A stretch of DNA of 64,000 nt. It comes from Felis catus (Eukaryota). The stretch lies in the NCBI RefSeq assembly GCF_018350175.1, contig NC_058368.1, positions 3,658,001 through 3,722,000 of the forward strand, in the 5' to 3' direction. Every line of letters starts with the position of its first letter. The stretch's first letter is position 1. Under the pieces are notes generated by a model. The model saw nothing but the letters and a program-made list of their open reading frames with translations, was not told where the DNA came from and did not search any database. The position numbers and the translations under genes were made by a program. This document shows, one piece after another, positions 1 to 11,875 of this stretch.

Positions 1-800
1 GAGCATGTGGTGCAATAGAAACTCTCATACGTTGCTAGTGGGTATGCAAAATGGTGTAGCTACTTTGGAAAATAGGTTGGCAGTGTCTTGAAAAGCTTAA
101 CATACTCGTCATACAACATAGAAATCACTCCTTGGTATTTACCCAAAGGAGTTGAAAACTTATGTCTACACAAAAAATCTGCACACAGATGTTTATGGAA
201 GTTTTATTCATGGTTGCCAAAACTTGGAAGCAGCCAAGATATCCTTCGGCAGGCATAAGTAAATTGGCACATCCAGATAATCGAATATTATTCACTGCTA
301 AAAAGAAATGAGCTATCAAGCCGCAAACAACTCGGAGGGAATATAAATGCCTATTACTAACTGAAAGAAGCCAATCTGAAAAAAATGACATGCTATGTAA
401 TTCCACCAATAGGACATTCCAGAAAAGGCAAAACTATGGAGACAGCAAAAAGATCAAGGTTGCCAGGGGTTGTGAGAGAAGGGGGAATATAGTGAAGGTG
501 GAGTGTAGTGGATTTGGGGGGTCAGTGAAAATACCCTATATGATACCATAATGGTGGATGCATACCATTATACATTTGTCCAAACCCATGGAGAACACAG
601 CACCGAGAGTGAAGCCTGATGCAAATCCTGGACCTTCGGCGGTGTGTCTTTGCCATTTCATTCAATCGTAACAAATTAAACCGGTCTTGTGGAGGACATT
701 GAGCGGAAGAGGTACGCATACGTGGGGGCAAGGAGCATATGAGAAATCTCCTCTCAGTTTTCCTGTGAACCTGAAACTACTCTCCAATATAAAGTCTTTG
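1..800 (+). mobile_element. Old LINE-1 3' end (L1MC-like): ORF2 C-terminus and 3'UTR
   Basis: L1 3' motifs: gttgctagtgggtatgcaaaatgg, tttattcatggttgccaaaacttggaagcagcc, agaaaaggcaaaactatggagacag; ends tgtgaacctgaaactactct...ataaagtct. Confidence 0.85.
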
Positions 801-841
801 AAAGAATTAAACGTTATCATATAAATGACCTATCATATAAA

Positions 842-860
842 TGACCTCAAATGACCTTGA
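842..860 (-). promoter_or_regulatory. Perfect DR4 nuclear-receptor element (AGGTCA-tttg-AGGTCA) overlapping an extended TCAAGGTCA (ERR/NR5A-type) site
   Basis: + strand TGACCTcaaaTGACCTTGA at 842-860; third TGACCT at 826-831; motif match only. Confidence 0.35.
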
Positions 861-1339
861 GTTTTCAATGCCCTTCAACAAATATATAGAATCTCTTATG
901 CTCCGTTATCATTATAGTATTTCTCACCTGGATGATAAATGGACTTTTCAAGGTAATACCCCCAACAAAATATAAATTAAGGACACGAAAGAAAGGGTAG
1001 AGCACAACAATAAAAAAATTGCGGACTAGGGGCATCTGGAATATTAGCTAAGTGTTAAGAGATTCCTTAAATCTTAGCTTTCTAGGGTACGAAGGTTCTC
1101 TAGGGATGTTTATTTTCTTCTTTCTCTTTCTCAACTTTCAGACCACCGGGGAGGCATTTACCAAAGGCAAGATTGATTCTGAAGACAGCTTACGTATAAC
1201 TTTCTTGAAGTAATAAAATAATCAACCCGTACATGGAGGATCACAATGAGATTCTGTTATTCTATGAGTCACCATGTGTAGTAGCGAATCCACAAACGCC
1301 CTGATGAAGGGTTGCTGACTTTTTTTTTTAGTGTTTCTC

Positions 1340-1745
1340 TATTTTTTCCCAAGTTTTTATTTAAAGTCTACCTAGTTAACCTAGAGCACCATATCAGTTC
1401 CTGTTGTAGAGTTTAGTAATTCATCCCTTACGTACACCTGGTGCTGCTCATCACCACAACACCCTCCTTAATACTCAGTACCTATTTAACCCATTCCCGC
1501 TCCCACCCCCCTCCCCCAGCCTATTGTCCCTCCGCTAACTAGCGGTTTGTTCTCTATAATTAAGAGTCTATTTCTTGGTTTGCCTCTCTTTTTCTTCCCC
1601 ATATGTTCATTTGCTTTCTGTTGTTGTTAAAGTCCACATATGAGTAACACCGTATGGATTTGTCTTTCTCCGACATGATACACTCCAGCTCCATCCACAT
1701 CACTGCAAATGGCAAAATTTCATTCTTTTTTATGGCGGATATCAC
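1340..1745 (-). mobile_element. Carnivore LINE-1 3'UTR/ORF2-end fragment
   Basis: T-rich tail, tagttaac...tagagtttagtaattcatccctta; minus ORF SAIKKNEILPFAVMWMELECIMSEKDK is the L1 ORF2 C-terminus. Confidence 0.9.
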
Positions 1746-1749
1746 CTCA

Positions 1750-4700
1750 TTTTTTAAATTAAATTCAAGTCAGTTAACATAGTTATATATATAGTTTATA
1801 GTATATATATGTAGTTTAACCTCCCTTGCCTATTTGGATGCATTTTATTACTTTTTGGTCTGATTGCTGAGACCAGGACTTCCAGTACCCTGTTGAACAA
1901 CTGGGAGAGTGGACATCCCTGTCGTATTCCTGACCTTAGGGGCAAAGCTCTCAGTTTCTCCCCATTAAGGATGCTATTAGCTGTGGATCTTTCATATACA
2001 GCCTTTATGATGTTGAGTTACAGTCCTTCTATCTCTAGTTCCTTGATGGTTTTTACCAAGAAAGGATGCTGTATTTTGTGAAATGCTTTTTCTGCATCTA
2101 TTAAGAGGATCATATGGTTCTTATCCTTTCTTTTATTGATGTGGTGGATCACATTGATTGATTTGCGAATATTGAACCACCCTTGCATCACAGGAATAAA
2201 TCCCACTTGACTGTGGTGAATGATTCTTTTAATGTACTGTTGGATTCAATTTGTTAGTATCTTATTGAAAATTTTTGTATCCATGTTCATCAGGGATATT
2301 GACTGTATTTTGCTTTTTTAGTGGGGTCTTTGTCTGGCTTTGGTATCAGAGTAATCCTGGACTCATGGAATGAATTTGGGTGTTTTTCTTCCATTTGTAT
2401 TTTCTGGAACAGTTTGAGAAGAATACATACAAACCTCTCTTTAAATGTTTGGTAGAATTCTCCTGTGAAGGCATCTGGCCCTGGACTTTTTGGCTGGGAG
2501 ATTTTTGATCACTGGTTCAATTTGTTTTCTGGTTATCAGTCTGTTCAAGTTTGCCATTTCTTCCTGTTTCAGTTTTGGTAGTTTTTACGTTTCTAGGAAT
2601 CTATCCATTTCTTCCAGGTTGTCCAATTTGTTGGCATATAGTTTTTCAAAATGTTGTCTTATAATTGTTTGTATTTCCGTAATGTTGATTGGCATGTCTC
2701 CTCTCTCATTTGTGATTTTATCTACTTAGTCCTTTCTCTTTCCTTTTTTTTAATGTTTATTTATTTATTTTTGAGAGAGAGAGGGAGGGTAGCAGGGAGG
2801 GGCAGAGAGAGAGGGAGAGAGAGAATCACAAGCAGACTCTGCAGCAATGACGCAGAGCCCAACATGGGGCTTTAACTCACAGACTGTGAGATCATAACCT
2901 GAGCCAAAATCAAGAGTCAGACACTTAACTGACTGAGCCTCCCAGACTCCCCTCTCTTTTCTTTTTGATAAGTCTGGCTAGGGGAGTTATCGATTTTATT
3001 AATTTTTTTCAAAGAACCAGTTCCTGGTTCAAATGATCTCTTCTATTTTTTTATATTCTATATCATTTATTTCTGCTCTGATCTTTATTATTTTCTTTCT
3101 TCTGCTGACTGTTGGTCTCATTTATTGTTCTTTTTCTAGCTCCTTTAGGTTAAGGTTAGGTTATTTATTTGAGATTTTCTTGCTTCTTGAGATAGGTCTG
3201 TATAGCTACATATTTCCCTCTTGGGACCACTTTTGCTGCATCCCAAAGGTTTTAGACCTTTGTTTTTTCATTTTCATTTGTCTTCTTTGATGTCCTGGTT
3301 GAACCATTCATTTCTTGGTAGCGTGTTATTAAACCTCCATGTAATTGTGGTCTCTCCAAATTTTTTCTTGTAGTTGACTTTAAGTCTCATAGCATTGTGA
3401 TCAGAAAATATGTATGGTATGATCTCAATCTTTTTGTACTTGTTGAGGCCTGATTTGTGACCCGGTATGTGATCTATTCTGGAGAATGTTCCATGTGCAC
3501 TTGAAAAGAATGTGTATTCTGCTGCTTTAGGATGAAATGTTTTGAATATATCTGTTAAGCCCATTCCGTCCAGTGGGTCTTTCAAAGCCATTGCTTCCTT
3601 GTTAATTTTCTGCTTAGATGATCTGTCCATTGTTCTAAGTGGGGTGTCAACGTCCCCTACTATTATTGTGTTATTATCAGTGAGTTGTTTTATGTTGGTT
3701 ATTAATCATTTTGTATGTGTGGGTACTCCAATGTTGTGGACATAAATATTTATAATTGTTAGATATTCCTGTTGAGTAGATCTCTTTATTAGGATACAGT
3801 GCCCTTATTAATCTCTCCTTACAGTCTTCTGTTTAAAATCTAGTTTGCCTGATATAAGTGTAGCTACTCTGACTTTCTTTTGATGTCCATTTGCATGATA
3901 AATGCTCTTCCATCCGCCCGCTTTCATTCTGCACGTGTCTTTAGATCTAAAATGGATCTCTTATGGACAACATATAGATGGGTCTTTTTTTTATCCATTC
4001 TGACACCATATGTCTTTTGATTGGAGTATTTAGTCCATTTGCCTTTAGAGTAATCGATAGACGTGTATTCAGTGCCATTATATTCCTTGTTTTGCTATTG
4101 TTTCTGGAGATTTTCCCCATTCCTTTCTAGTGTCTGTCACTTCTGCTCTTTCCTTTCCATACAAAGCATCCCCTTGAATAGTTCTTGCAAGGCTGGTTTT
4201 TCTTTGTCTGGGAAACTATTTATCGCTCTTCTATTCTGAATGACAGCATCGCTGGATAGAGTATTCTCGGCTGCAGACTTTTCCCTTTCGGAATGTTGAA
4301 TACATCCTGCCATTCCTTTATGGCCTGCCAAGTTTCTGTGGAGATGTTTGCTGCTAGCCTTAGGCATCTTCACTTGTAAGCTAGGGACTTCTTTTTTCTT
4401 AGTGTTTTTAGGATTTTTTCTTTATCACTGTATTTTGCAAATGTAACTACATTATGTCTTGCTGTTGGTCTGCTTTAATTGATTTTGATGGGAATTCTCT
4501 GTGCCTCCTGGATCTGGATGTCTGTGTCCTTCACCAGATTAGGGAAGATTTTAGCTATAATTTCCTCAAATAAATTTTCTGCCCCCTTTTCTCTCTCTCC
4601 TCTTTCTGAGACTCCTATGATATGAATGTTATTATGTTTGATGGAGTCACTGAGTTACCGAAGTCTACTCTTGTGTTCCATAATTCTTCTTTCTCTCTTG

Positions 4701-6580
4701 TTCACCTTCATTATTTTCCATGATTTTATCTTCTGTGTCATTTATTCATCCCTCTGCTTCTTCCATCCTTGTGATCATTACATCCTGACTGTTTGGAATC
4801 TCATTTTTGTATTTTTCATTTCTCACTGTTTTTTAAATCTTTTATCTCTGTAGTAAAGGCCTCCCTGAAGTCTTCCATTTTTTTTTCTCAAGCCCAGGAA
4901 GTATCCTTATGATTGTCGCTTTAACTTTGGGATCAGGCATATTGCTTATATCTGTTTTGATTAGATCTCTGGCCATGGCCTTATCTTGTTCTTTCTTTTG
5001 GAATGAATTCTTCTGTCTTTGCTTTTTGTCTAGGTCTCTGTCTTCTCTGTGTTCGAAAAGCCTGTTATGTTCCCTGCTTCTGAGAGTCATGGGTTTATGA
5101 CGAAGAGGTCCTATAATGTCTAGGACTTGGTGTGTCAAAGACTATCCCTCGTGTGTGCTGTGTGTGTCTTGGCTGTTCTATCCTTCGGGTGAGTCATCTG
5201 CAGAGGCTCTCCTTGCCTATGGGGTACAGTGTTTGTGCTTTGGCCAAAGTGTGATGACTTTTAACTAGGCATGCTCTGATCTACTTGTTAAAAGAGACAT
5301 AATGCTACTTCCTCTAGAACTGAAGCCTTGCAGACCTCTATGGTCAGTAGACATGGTCCATTCGAGGGAGGGGGTTTGTGCTGGTCATCTGGAGAAGGAG
5401 CCCACTGCACTGGTTCTTAGGCACACTTGCCCTAGTAAAGAAGCGCCTGCAGAGCTCAGGGGGCTGGGGCTTGGTGTAAAGAGGTTAGACCACCACTTCT
5501 GGCACTCTACAGCTTACTGAAGTTAGTTTATGTTGAGGAGCGATTGAGGAAAATGGTGCCAGCCTGCTCCTCTGTCTCGATAGAGAGGAGTCCGTGCTTG
5601 CTTCTCTCAGGGAAGCACTTCCAAAGGAGAGAATAATTTCCCTTCATGCATCACAGGCATTTTTCCGATTGCTCATTTCACACTGTCTGTCTCTGGGTCA
5701 CTTGACTCTCTGGATTCGCACAGTGCACTTTGGGTTCCATCCAAGCAAATCCTGCTGACTTTTAAAACTTCAAGCTCTGTGGTGGGGACGTGTGCTGAAC
5801 TTCTGGCGGGGGGTGGGCAGGGAGGTCTCGCCATGCTGGAACAGATGCAGGTCTGACTGAGAAAGACAGTTGCACCATAGTGCAGGTGCATGGGTTTTGG
5901 AGCAAGCAGGCTAAAGAGTGATGTCCGGGTTAGCGGTCCTCAGCAGGCGCCTCTACGACTATGCTGAGGGGCAGGGAAGCATAATGGCACCCGCAGGTTC
6001 TTTTGTCCCCAGAGAAGCAATGCTACCTCTCACAGATGCACTTCAAAAAGAGCAAACAGTCTGTCCACATGGGCCTTAGGCGATCCTCAGATGGCACCCT
6101 CTACCCCTGGGGTCGTTTGCCTGGCTGCTCTTCAGGAGTGGGTCCGCGTCCTCAGGTCTCTATCCCAGCCAAGCCCACAGACTTTTAAGCCTCCAGTGTT
6201 TGAATCCTGCTGGTTGCAAAAACTCATCAAGACTGGACCCTCTCGTTCTTCCAGTCAATGGCTTTGGGGAAGTATTCTCGTGTGATCCTGTGCGTGCTCC
6301 TCTCTCTCTCTGTCTCTTTCTCTCTCCCTCTCTTTCTCTCTCTCACCTCTCTCTGTGACCAGGGCTCCCTCCCCCCCGCAGCACCCATGATCCATCTCTC
6401 CCCCAAACAACATCTCTGTACTTCCTGCCTTCCTTGATGCGGCTTCTTCTCTCCTTCTTCTTGTGCAGTTTGTCCTGTCACACTCAGGTCGGTTTTATGA
6501 ACGTTCGGAATGTTTGATAGTTATCTAGCTGGGCTCTCGGGACGAGATGAGCCTCGGGTCCTCCTACCATGCTGCCTTCT
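1750..6580 (-). mobile_element. Decayed carnivore LINE-1: 5'UTR (~5100-6580), ORF1 (~3800-5100), ORF2 endonuclease to start of RT (~1812-3760), short 3' end (~1750-1800)
   Basis: Minus ORFs [47 protein letters not shown] (ORF2) and RDLIKTDISNMPDP (ORF1); many stops and frameshifts. Confidence 0.95.
2744..2952 (-). mobile_element. CanSINE inserted in L1 ORF2
   Basis: tRNA-like head (ctgagccaaaatcaagagtcag...ctgagcctcccag), (GA)n and T-tail. Confidence 0.95.
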
Positions 6581-8221
6581 TCCTCCAGTGGCTGCTTCCT
6601 GACTCTCAGAGGCTTCAGCCTATTGGAGCCTCACAGGCATTTTTTATGACCCACTCCAAAGGCCAGAAGGAGAAGTTTCTTCTTCTAAGACAGACAAGGC
6701 AAACATTCATGGGTAGGAAATCTTGGCAGCTTTGCCCGGGGCCCAGGCAGCTCAGCCCAGGCAGGGGCTCCTCCGTGTGGGTTTGGGAGAAGATCACACT
6801 GCTAAGCAGCAGAAAGTCTCAGATGGAAAGAGCAATGATACCTGGGCTGTAGATTAAAAGTGGGCACAAGGTCACCAGGCGTGCTGGGCTTGACTCCACC
6901 ACAAGGCCTTCTACCCAGACCTTCAGGTTGCTCACCACACGCCAGCCAAATCACCCTCCCAAGTTGGACAGCTCAGTGAAGCCACTTTTCCTTTGAGAAA
7001 AGAAGCCACGCAAAGCCCTGGAGGAGAACACGGACGAAACACCTCACTCTGCTTACACCACGATGCTACTAAGTTGATATCTAAATTGTCACTCTTTCAA
7101 GCCTGAAAACGGAGTGTCAGAAAGCCCTTTCTGTCCTTGTGCTCCGAGAGGATACCAGAGGGTGACACTCTTGAGTCGAGGAGCAAGAGATTCAAAGGCA
7201 GAAACAGGGAAATTATTAACCACAGAGACGCGAGCACCCGTCCATCCCCAGGTATATCATTAGCAAACATTTCCGGGGCAAAATTCGGAGCTCTTCACAC
7301 ACGCAAAACAGAGAGTGCTCTCCCATACAATAAGTTAAAGACACATTCACTCAGTCCTACTTTTCCGCCAGATAATCTTTGTTGACATTCATGTATGATA
7401 ACGGTGGCGAAGTCTCATGCCTGCATCTCTGTTCACTGAAAAGGTCACGGTTAGCTGTGGTCGCAGTTACTGAGATGGACCCAGAGGACACCTAGTGTGG
7501 CGCGTCTGTGGAGGTTTTGTATAAAGGTAATAAAAACTTAAACAAGAGGATTCACTTTCATGAGTAGTCGCGTAGGTTCCCAAATGTAACTTTTATAAAG
7601 CAGGCAAAAATACAACTGCCAGATACTTGTCATCACGTTCAGAAAAATACCATTTGTAAAAGAGAACTAACAGTATTCAGTCTTTAAAAGGGAAAATATC
7701 AAACAGGGCCTCGTGCATGAAAGATAACCCTGCATCAGAGAATCAAGTTTAGGCCAAAACACTGGATTTTAGAACTGCTACTCATATATAATCTTTGAGA
7801 AAACTTCTGGGTGTCAGACTGTGGTAATTATTAACCATTAACCGGAGGAAATGCTTAGATAGTCCCTCGGGGATACGTTTCCTAAGCTGCAGCCACGTTT
7901 TCCTCTGTGACCTTGTGTAAGATATTTACATCCTTGTAAGTTCAATTTACCCAAATGTGAAGGGAGGTGCAGGACAGGTACTTGAAAACTCCAAGAAAGA
8001 AGGAAAAAGAGCACAGGAAGTTCTCAACAACGTGCCTGGCAGTTCGAGAATAATCACCGATCTTAGCTATTCTCTTTTCAACTCAGCCACTAGCCAGAGT
8101 TTTCCCTGAGACAAGTGTGGGCCAAATTTTTCCATTTTTAATAAGGATAGCACCTTGACAAACGTATTGGCAACAGAGAAAGAAGGATTTAACCCTTGCA
8201 AATAAAGATCATGTCAAATTC

Positions 8222-8444
8222 TTTTTTTTAATTTTTTTTTAATGTTTACTTATATTTGGGAGACAGAGACAGATAAATATGAATGGGGGAGGGGCAGAGG
8301 GAAAAGGAGACACAGAATCCGAAGCAGGCTCCAGGCTCTGAGCTGTCAGCACAGAGCCCGATTTGGGGCTCGAACCTACGAACTGTGAGATCATAATGTG
8401 AGCTGAAGTCGGACACTTAGTCGACTGAGCCACCCAGATGCCCC
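8222..8444 (-). mobile_element. CanSINE (SINEC_Fc)
   Basis: Consensus match; degenerate TSD atcatgtcaaatt / atcgcgtcaaatt. Confidence 0.95.
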
Positions 8445-9168
8445 AAATCGCGTCAAATTTTTATTACAGCTTTGCAGATTTCAGAGCACATTGACTAGCC
8501 GAATTTCAGTATAGATGTGTGTGTGTGCTTATTCCAAAAAACCTGAGATGGACAAGTAAATCCAATAATTCAGAGGAATGACTCACCTCTTATTCATTGC
8601 TGATGTTTCTGAAAGGCTCAACTGTTTAAGCAAGTAGGGAGCTAGCTAGAACACCCATTCAAGGAGCATGCATACGTACACACACGCGCACACACACACA
8701 CAACAAAAACACAGAAACTTTTTTTTTTTTTTGGCCTTGGGTGTTTTTATAACAAGCTTTATGACAATCTTCGTAGAAGAGCCACTAAAGACTGCAGTTT
8801 ATCTCAGAACTATGCAGCTTTGCCCTGCTTTGTATTTCATTCCTCTTCAGGCATTCACAAGCTTGGTTAAGTTGCCGAAGCAATTTTTTCCCATTGTTAG
8901 AAGAGAAGGTGAGAACGCTACGACCCAAGACCCCTCCCTTAATTATTAGGAGGCGTAAAATGACTTCATTTTGTTTACAGTAAAAACGCAGTCTAGGCTT
9001 TATGCTCCAAAGACCGTAGGAGTCTTAGAGTCAGAAGCGTTTCAGTACCACCTGACATGGTCTAGCCCAGAGCATACAGCTTAGACAGAATCCGGGTTCG
9101 ACTAAGACGCTATCTAAGCCACTGGCTTCCAGCAGGTTCACTAGTCTGTTTAATAACCATCCTCACTA

Positions 9169-9385
9169 GGGGCACCTGGGCGGCTCAGCTGGTTAAGCGA
9201 CCGACTTCGGCCTAGGTCACGATCTCGCCCTTCCTGAGTTGGAGCCCTCCGTGGGGCTCTGGGCTGACAGCTCAAAGCCCGGAGCCTGCTTCGGATTCTG
9301 TGTCTCCCTCCCTCTCCGCCCCTCCCCTGCTCACGCTCTGTCTCTCAAAAGTAAATAAACATTCAAAATAATAATAATAATAACA
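9169..9385 (+). mobile_element. CanSINE (SINEC_Fc)
   Basis: ggggcacctgggcggctcag head; (AAT)n tail; TSD aataac(c)atcctcacta. Confidence 0.95.
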
Positions 9386-10005
9386 TCCTCACTACCGCTA
9401 GCTCTCCAAGTACCCAGGAATTTTGGATTTCAACTTTAAGAATTGTTGGTTGTATCCTCTCTGACTGAAGAAAAACACTAGGATCGAATGAGAAACTTTT
9501 GGAAAAGCAACCAGAGAAATGTTGGCCGTCGGAAAGGAACCGAAAAGGGAAGTCCTGCCCCTCCCTGGGAGGAGCAGGAATCCTAAGAAAGACCAGCAGA
9601 GGCCAAGGTCTTGACATTTGCAGGTAACAGGGTGAGGGAGTAAAGCAGGTGGGAAGAGAGGCAAAGGAGATTTGGGGACAAACCCTAACAGTCTAGGAAA
9701 ACCGGCACAATGGAATGAGAAATGTAATCAACCAAATGTAATCAATGTCATCAATTAATGTATGGAAGCCAGTGCTCACAGGAGGGTAGTATACACCCAA
9801 GGTTATGAAATTTTTAAGGAAAGCTCTATGTCACTCTTAAGTGGAAGCTCTATGTCACTCTTACTTCTTCTGCCTCCTTTTCCCCTTTGACACCTGACGG
9901 GCCAGAGCTCTGTCTGAAAACTGTACCCAGAGCAGAGACTGGAATTTAGACACATCTTGGTATTCCTTCTCCTTGAGAAAATTTATATTAAACACTTTGG
10001 GACAA

Positions 10006-10110
10006 GGGCTCCTGGCTGGCTCAGTCGGTGGAGCATGTGACTCTTGATCTTGAAGTTGTGAGTTCGAGCTCCATGTTGAATGTAGAGATTACTTGAATAA
10101 ATATGTTTAA
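10006..10110 (+). mobile_element. Short tRNA-like CanSINE variant without the CT tract
   Basis: gggctcctggctggctcagtcggtggagcatgtgactcttgatc...gagttcgagc...gtagagattactt; TSD cactttgggacaa / cacttttggacaa. Confidence 0.9.
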
Positions 10111-10149
10111 AACCCACTTTTGGACAAAGATTTAACATATTATTTTTCT

Positions 10150-10184
10150 TCTTCTTTTCCTTTTTGGGGGAATAGGGACACGGG

Positions 10185-10231
<47 letters not shown>

Positions 10232-10356
10232 TTAAGCCAGCTCCACACTTAGTGCAAAACGCAACACGCGGCTCAATCTCACGACCCTGGGATCGTGACC
10301 TGAGCTGAAGTCAAGAGTAGGCCACTCAGCCAGTAGCTCTGCTACCCAGGTGCCCC
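10150..10356 (-). mobile_element. CanSINE with (GA)n tract
   Basis: Ends acccaggtgcccc; TSD taacatattatttt / taatatattatttt. Confidence 0.9.
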
Positions 10357-11078
10357 TAATATATTATTTTTAAAAGATCTATTCTTTCTCCAGCCCTACA
10401 GATATGGGAGAATCATTCCTTTTTTTTTTTTTTTTTTTTTTGCCTTTTCCAGGGGTGTGATTGATGTGGTAAATGTTAGGTCTAACTGAAATGATGGGTC
10501 TCAAATATGCCCTTTAGGCTCCTTACTCAAATGACAGCAATCAGGAACCAAACCAGGCCTGCACTATGATAGGTTTGAACAAAGGAAGTATAGCAATATC
10601 TCGTACATGCCTTTATTTTCATTCATCTCTTGAGAACTCTAGAAAAGGGACTTAATGAGACAATGTACACTTTCACCAGGCCATTTTTATGTATTGTCAT
10701 AGCAGACAATGTAATCACATTACATCCATTGGGGTTTTGAAGCAATGATGAATATTTACAGACTTGAAGCAATTTGAAACAATAGAGGGTAATGTCACGT
10801 CTTGTTTACGTCGTGATGTGTCTCTTTGATGCTCTGTAGACGTGATGAAAATGGTACTTTCGAAAATAATTTTGGACTTGTTTGTCTCACATGAAAACAC
10901 CACCGTTCTTCGTCTCCTAACCACTTGTTACTTATTATGAACCTGGTTCTCACTCACATCAGTCACAAAGCCGGATTGTTGCACCCCTTCCCCAGATGGC
11001 TTCCAGGAAAGCCACAGAACATCCCACCTCGCACATTGCTAGCGAGAGGATGTCACCAGTGTGTGTATGTTTGCTGCC

Positions 11079-11875
11079 TGAAGGGATCCAGAATACGCCA
11101 CTGTGGCATAACGATCATCCAGAGAGGAAGTCCTTTGAGAATCAACAAATACAGGGGCACCTGGGCGGCTCAGTTGGTCAAGTGTCTCACTCTTGATTTC
11201 AACTCAGGTCACGATCTCATGGTTGTGAGTTGGGAGTCCCACAGTGGGTTTTGCGCTGGGCATAGAGCCTGCTTAAGGTTCTCTGTCTCTCTCTGTCTCC
11301 CTGTCTCTCTCTCTCTCTCCCTCGATACCCCTTCCCCCTACTCACATGCTCGCACCCCCATTCTCTCTTTCTCTCAAAAAGAATAAAAAACAAAAACAAA
11401 CACAGGAAGAGGTGTGTGTGTGTGTGTGTGGTTTCCTGGACCCCACTTATTTGCCTAAAAGCAGAGTCTCCAAAAAGAACTCAACTGTCACAGATTCCCT
11501 CCCCGGGAATTTCCCAACCAGAAGACAGAGTCTTATCACCAGAGGAGTCAGCGCTGGCTTAAGAAATCTCCTAAACAGACATTGTCATAAAACTATCCCA
11601 TCTTTCAACTGTTCTCCTTGGAGACCATTTATCTACCCTAAAAGTCATTTTCGTTCCCATAAGTGTCCTTTCTCCGCTCCCCTTCCCCTAATAAGATGGT
11701 CTATAAAGCCCCAAGTTCTAGCTGCCTCTTTGAGCCTCATTTTCTGTGAGATTCCATATATTTTATGTCAATGAACTTTGTCTTTTCTCTTCCTAATCTG
11801 TCTCTAATCACTTTCCATTGAGGTCCCCCAATTCCGAACCTGAGAAGGTAGAGGAAAAGTTTTTCCTCCCTGACA
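11079..11875 (+). mobile_element. Solo ERV1-class LTR (MER34A-like), interrupted by a CanSINE
   Basis: Starts TGaagggatccagaatacgccac, ends aaaagtttttcctccctgaCA; TATA-like tataaa at ~11702; recalled similarity to MER34 LTRs. Confidence 0.8.
11154..11400 (+). mobile_element. CanSINE nested in LTR
   Basis: ggggcacctgggcggctcagttgg head, CT tract, A-tail. Confidence 0.95.

Noticed and set aside
10006..10110. Possible tRNA gene
   Set aside because: tRNA-like A/B boxes, but with a SINE 3' end, A-rich tail and TSD; it is a CanSINE variant.
10925..11774. 153-aa and 142-aa ORFs
   Set aside because: Run through LTR, SINE and (TG)n sequence.
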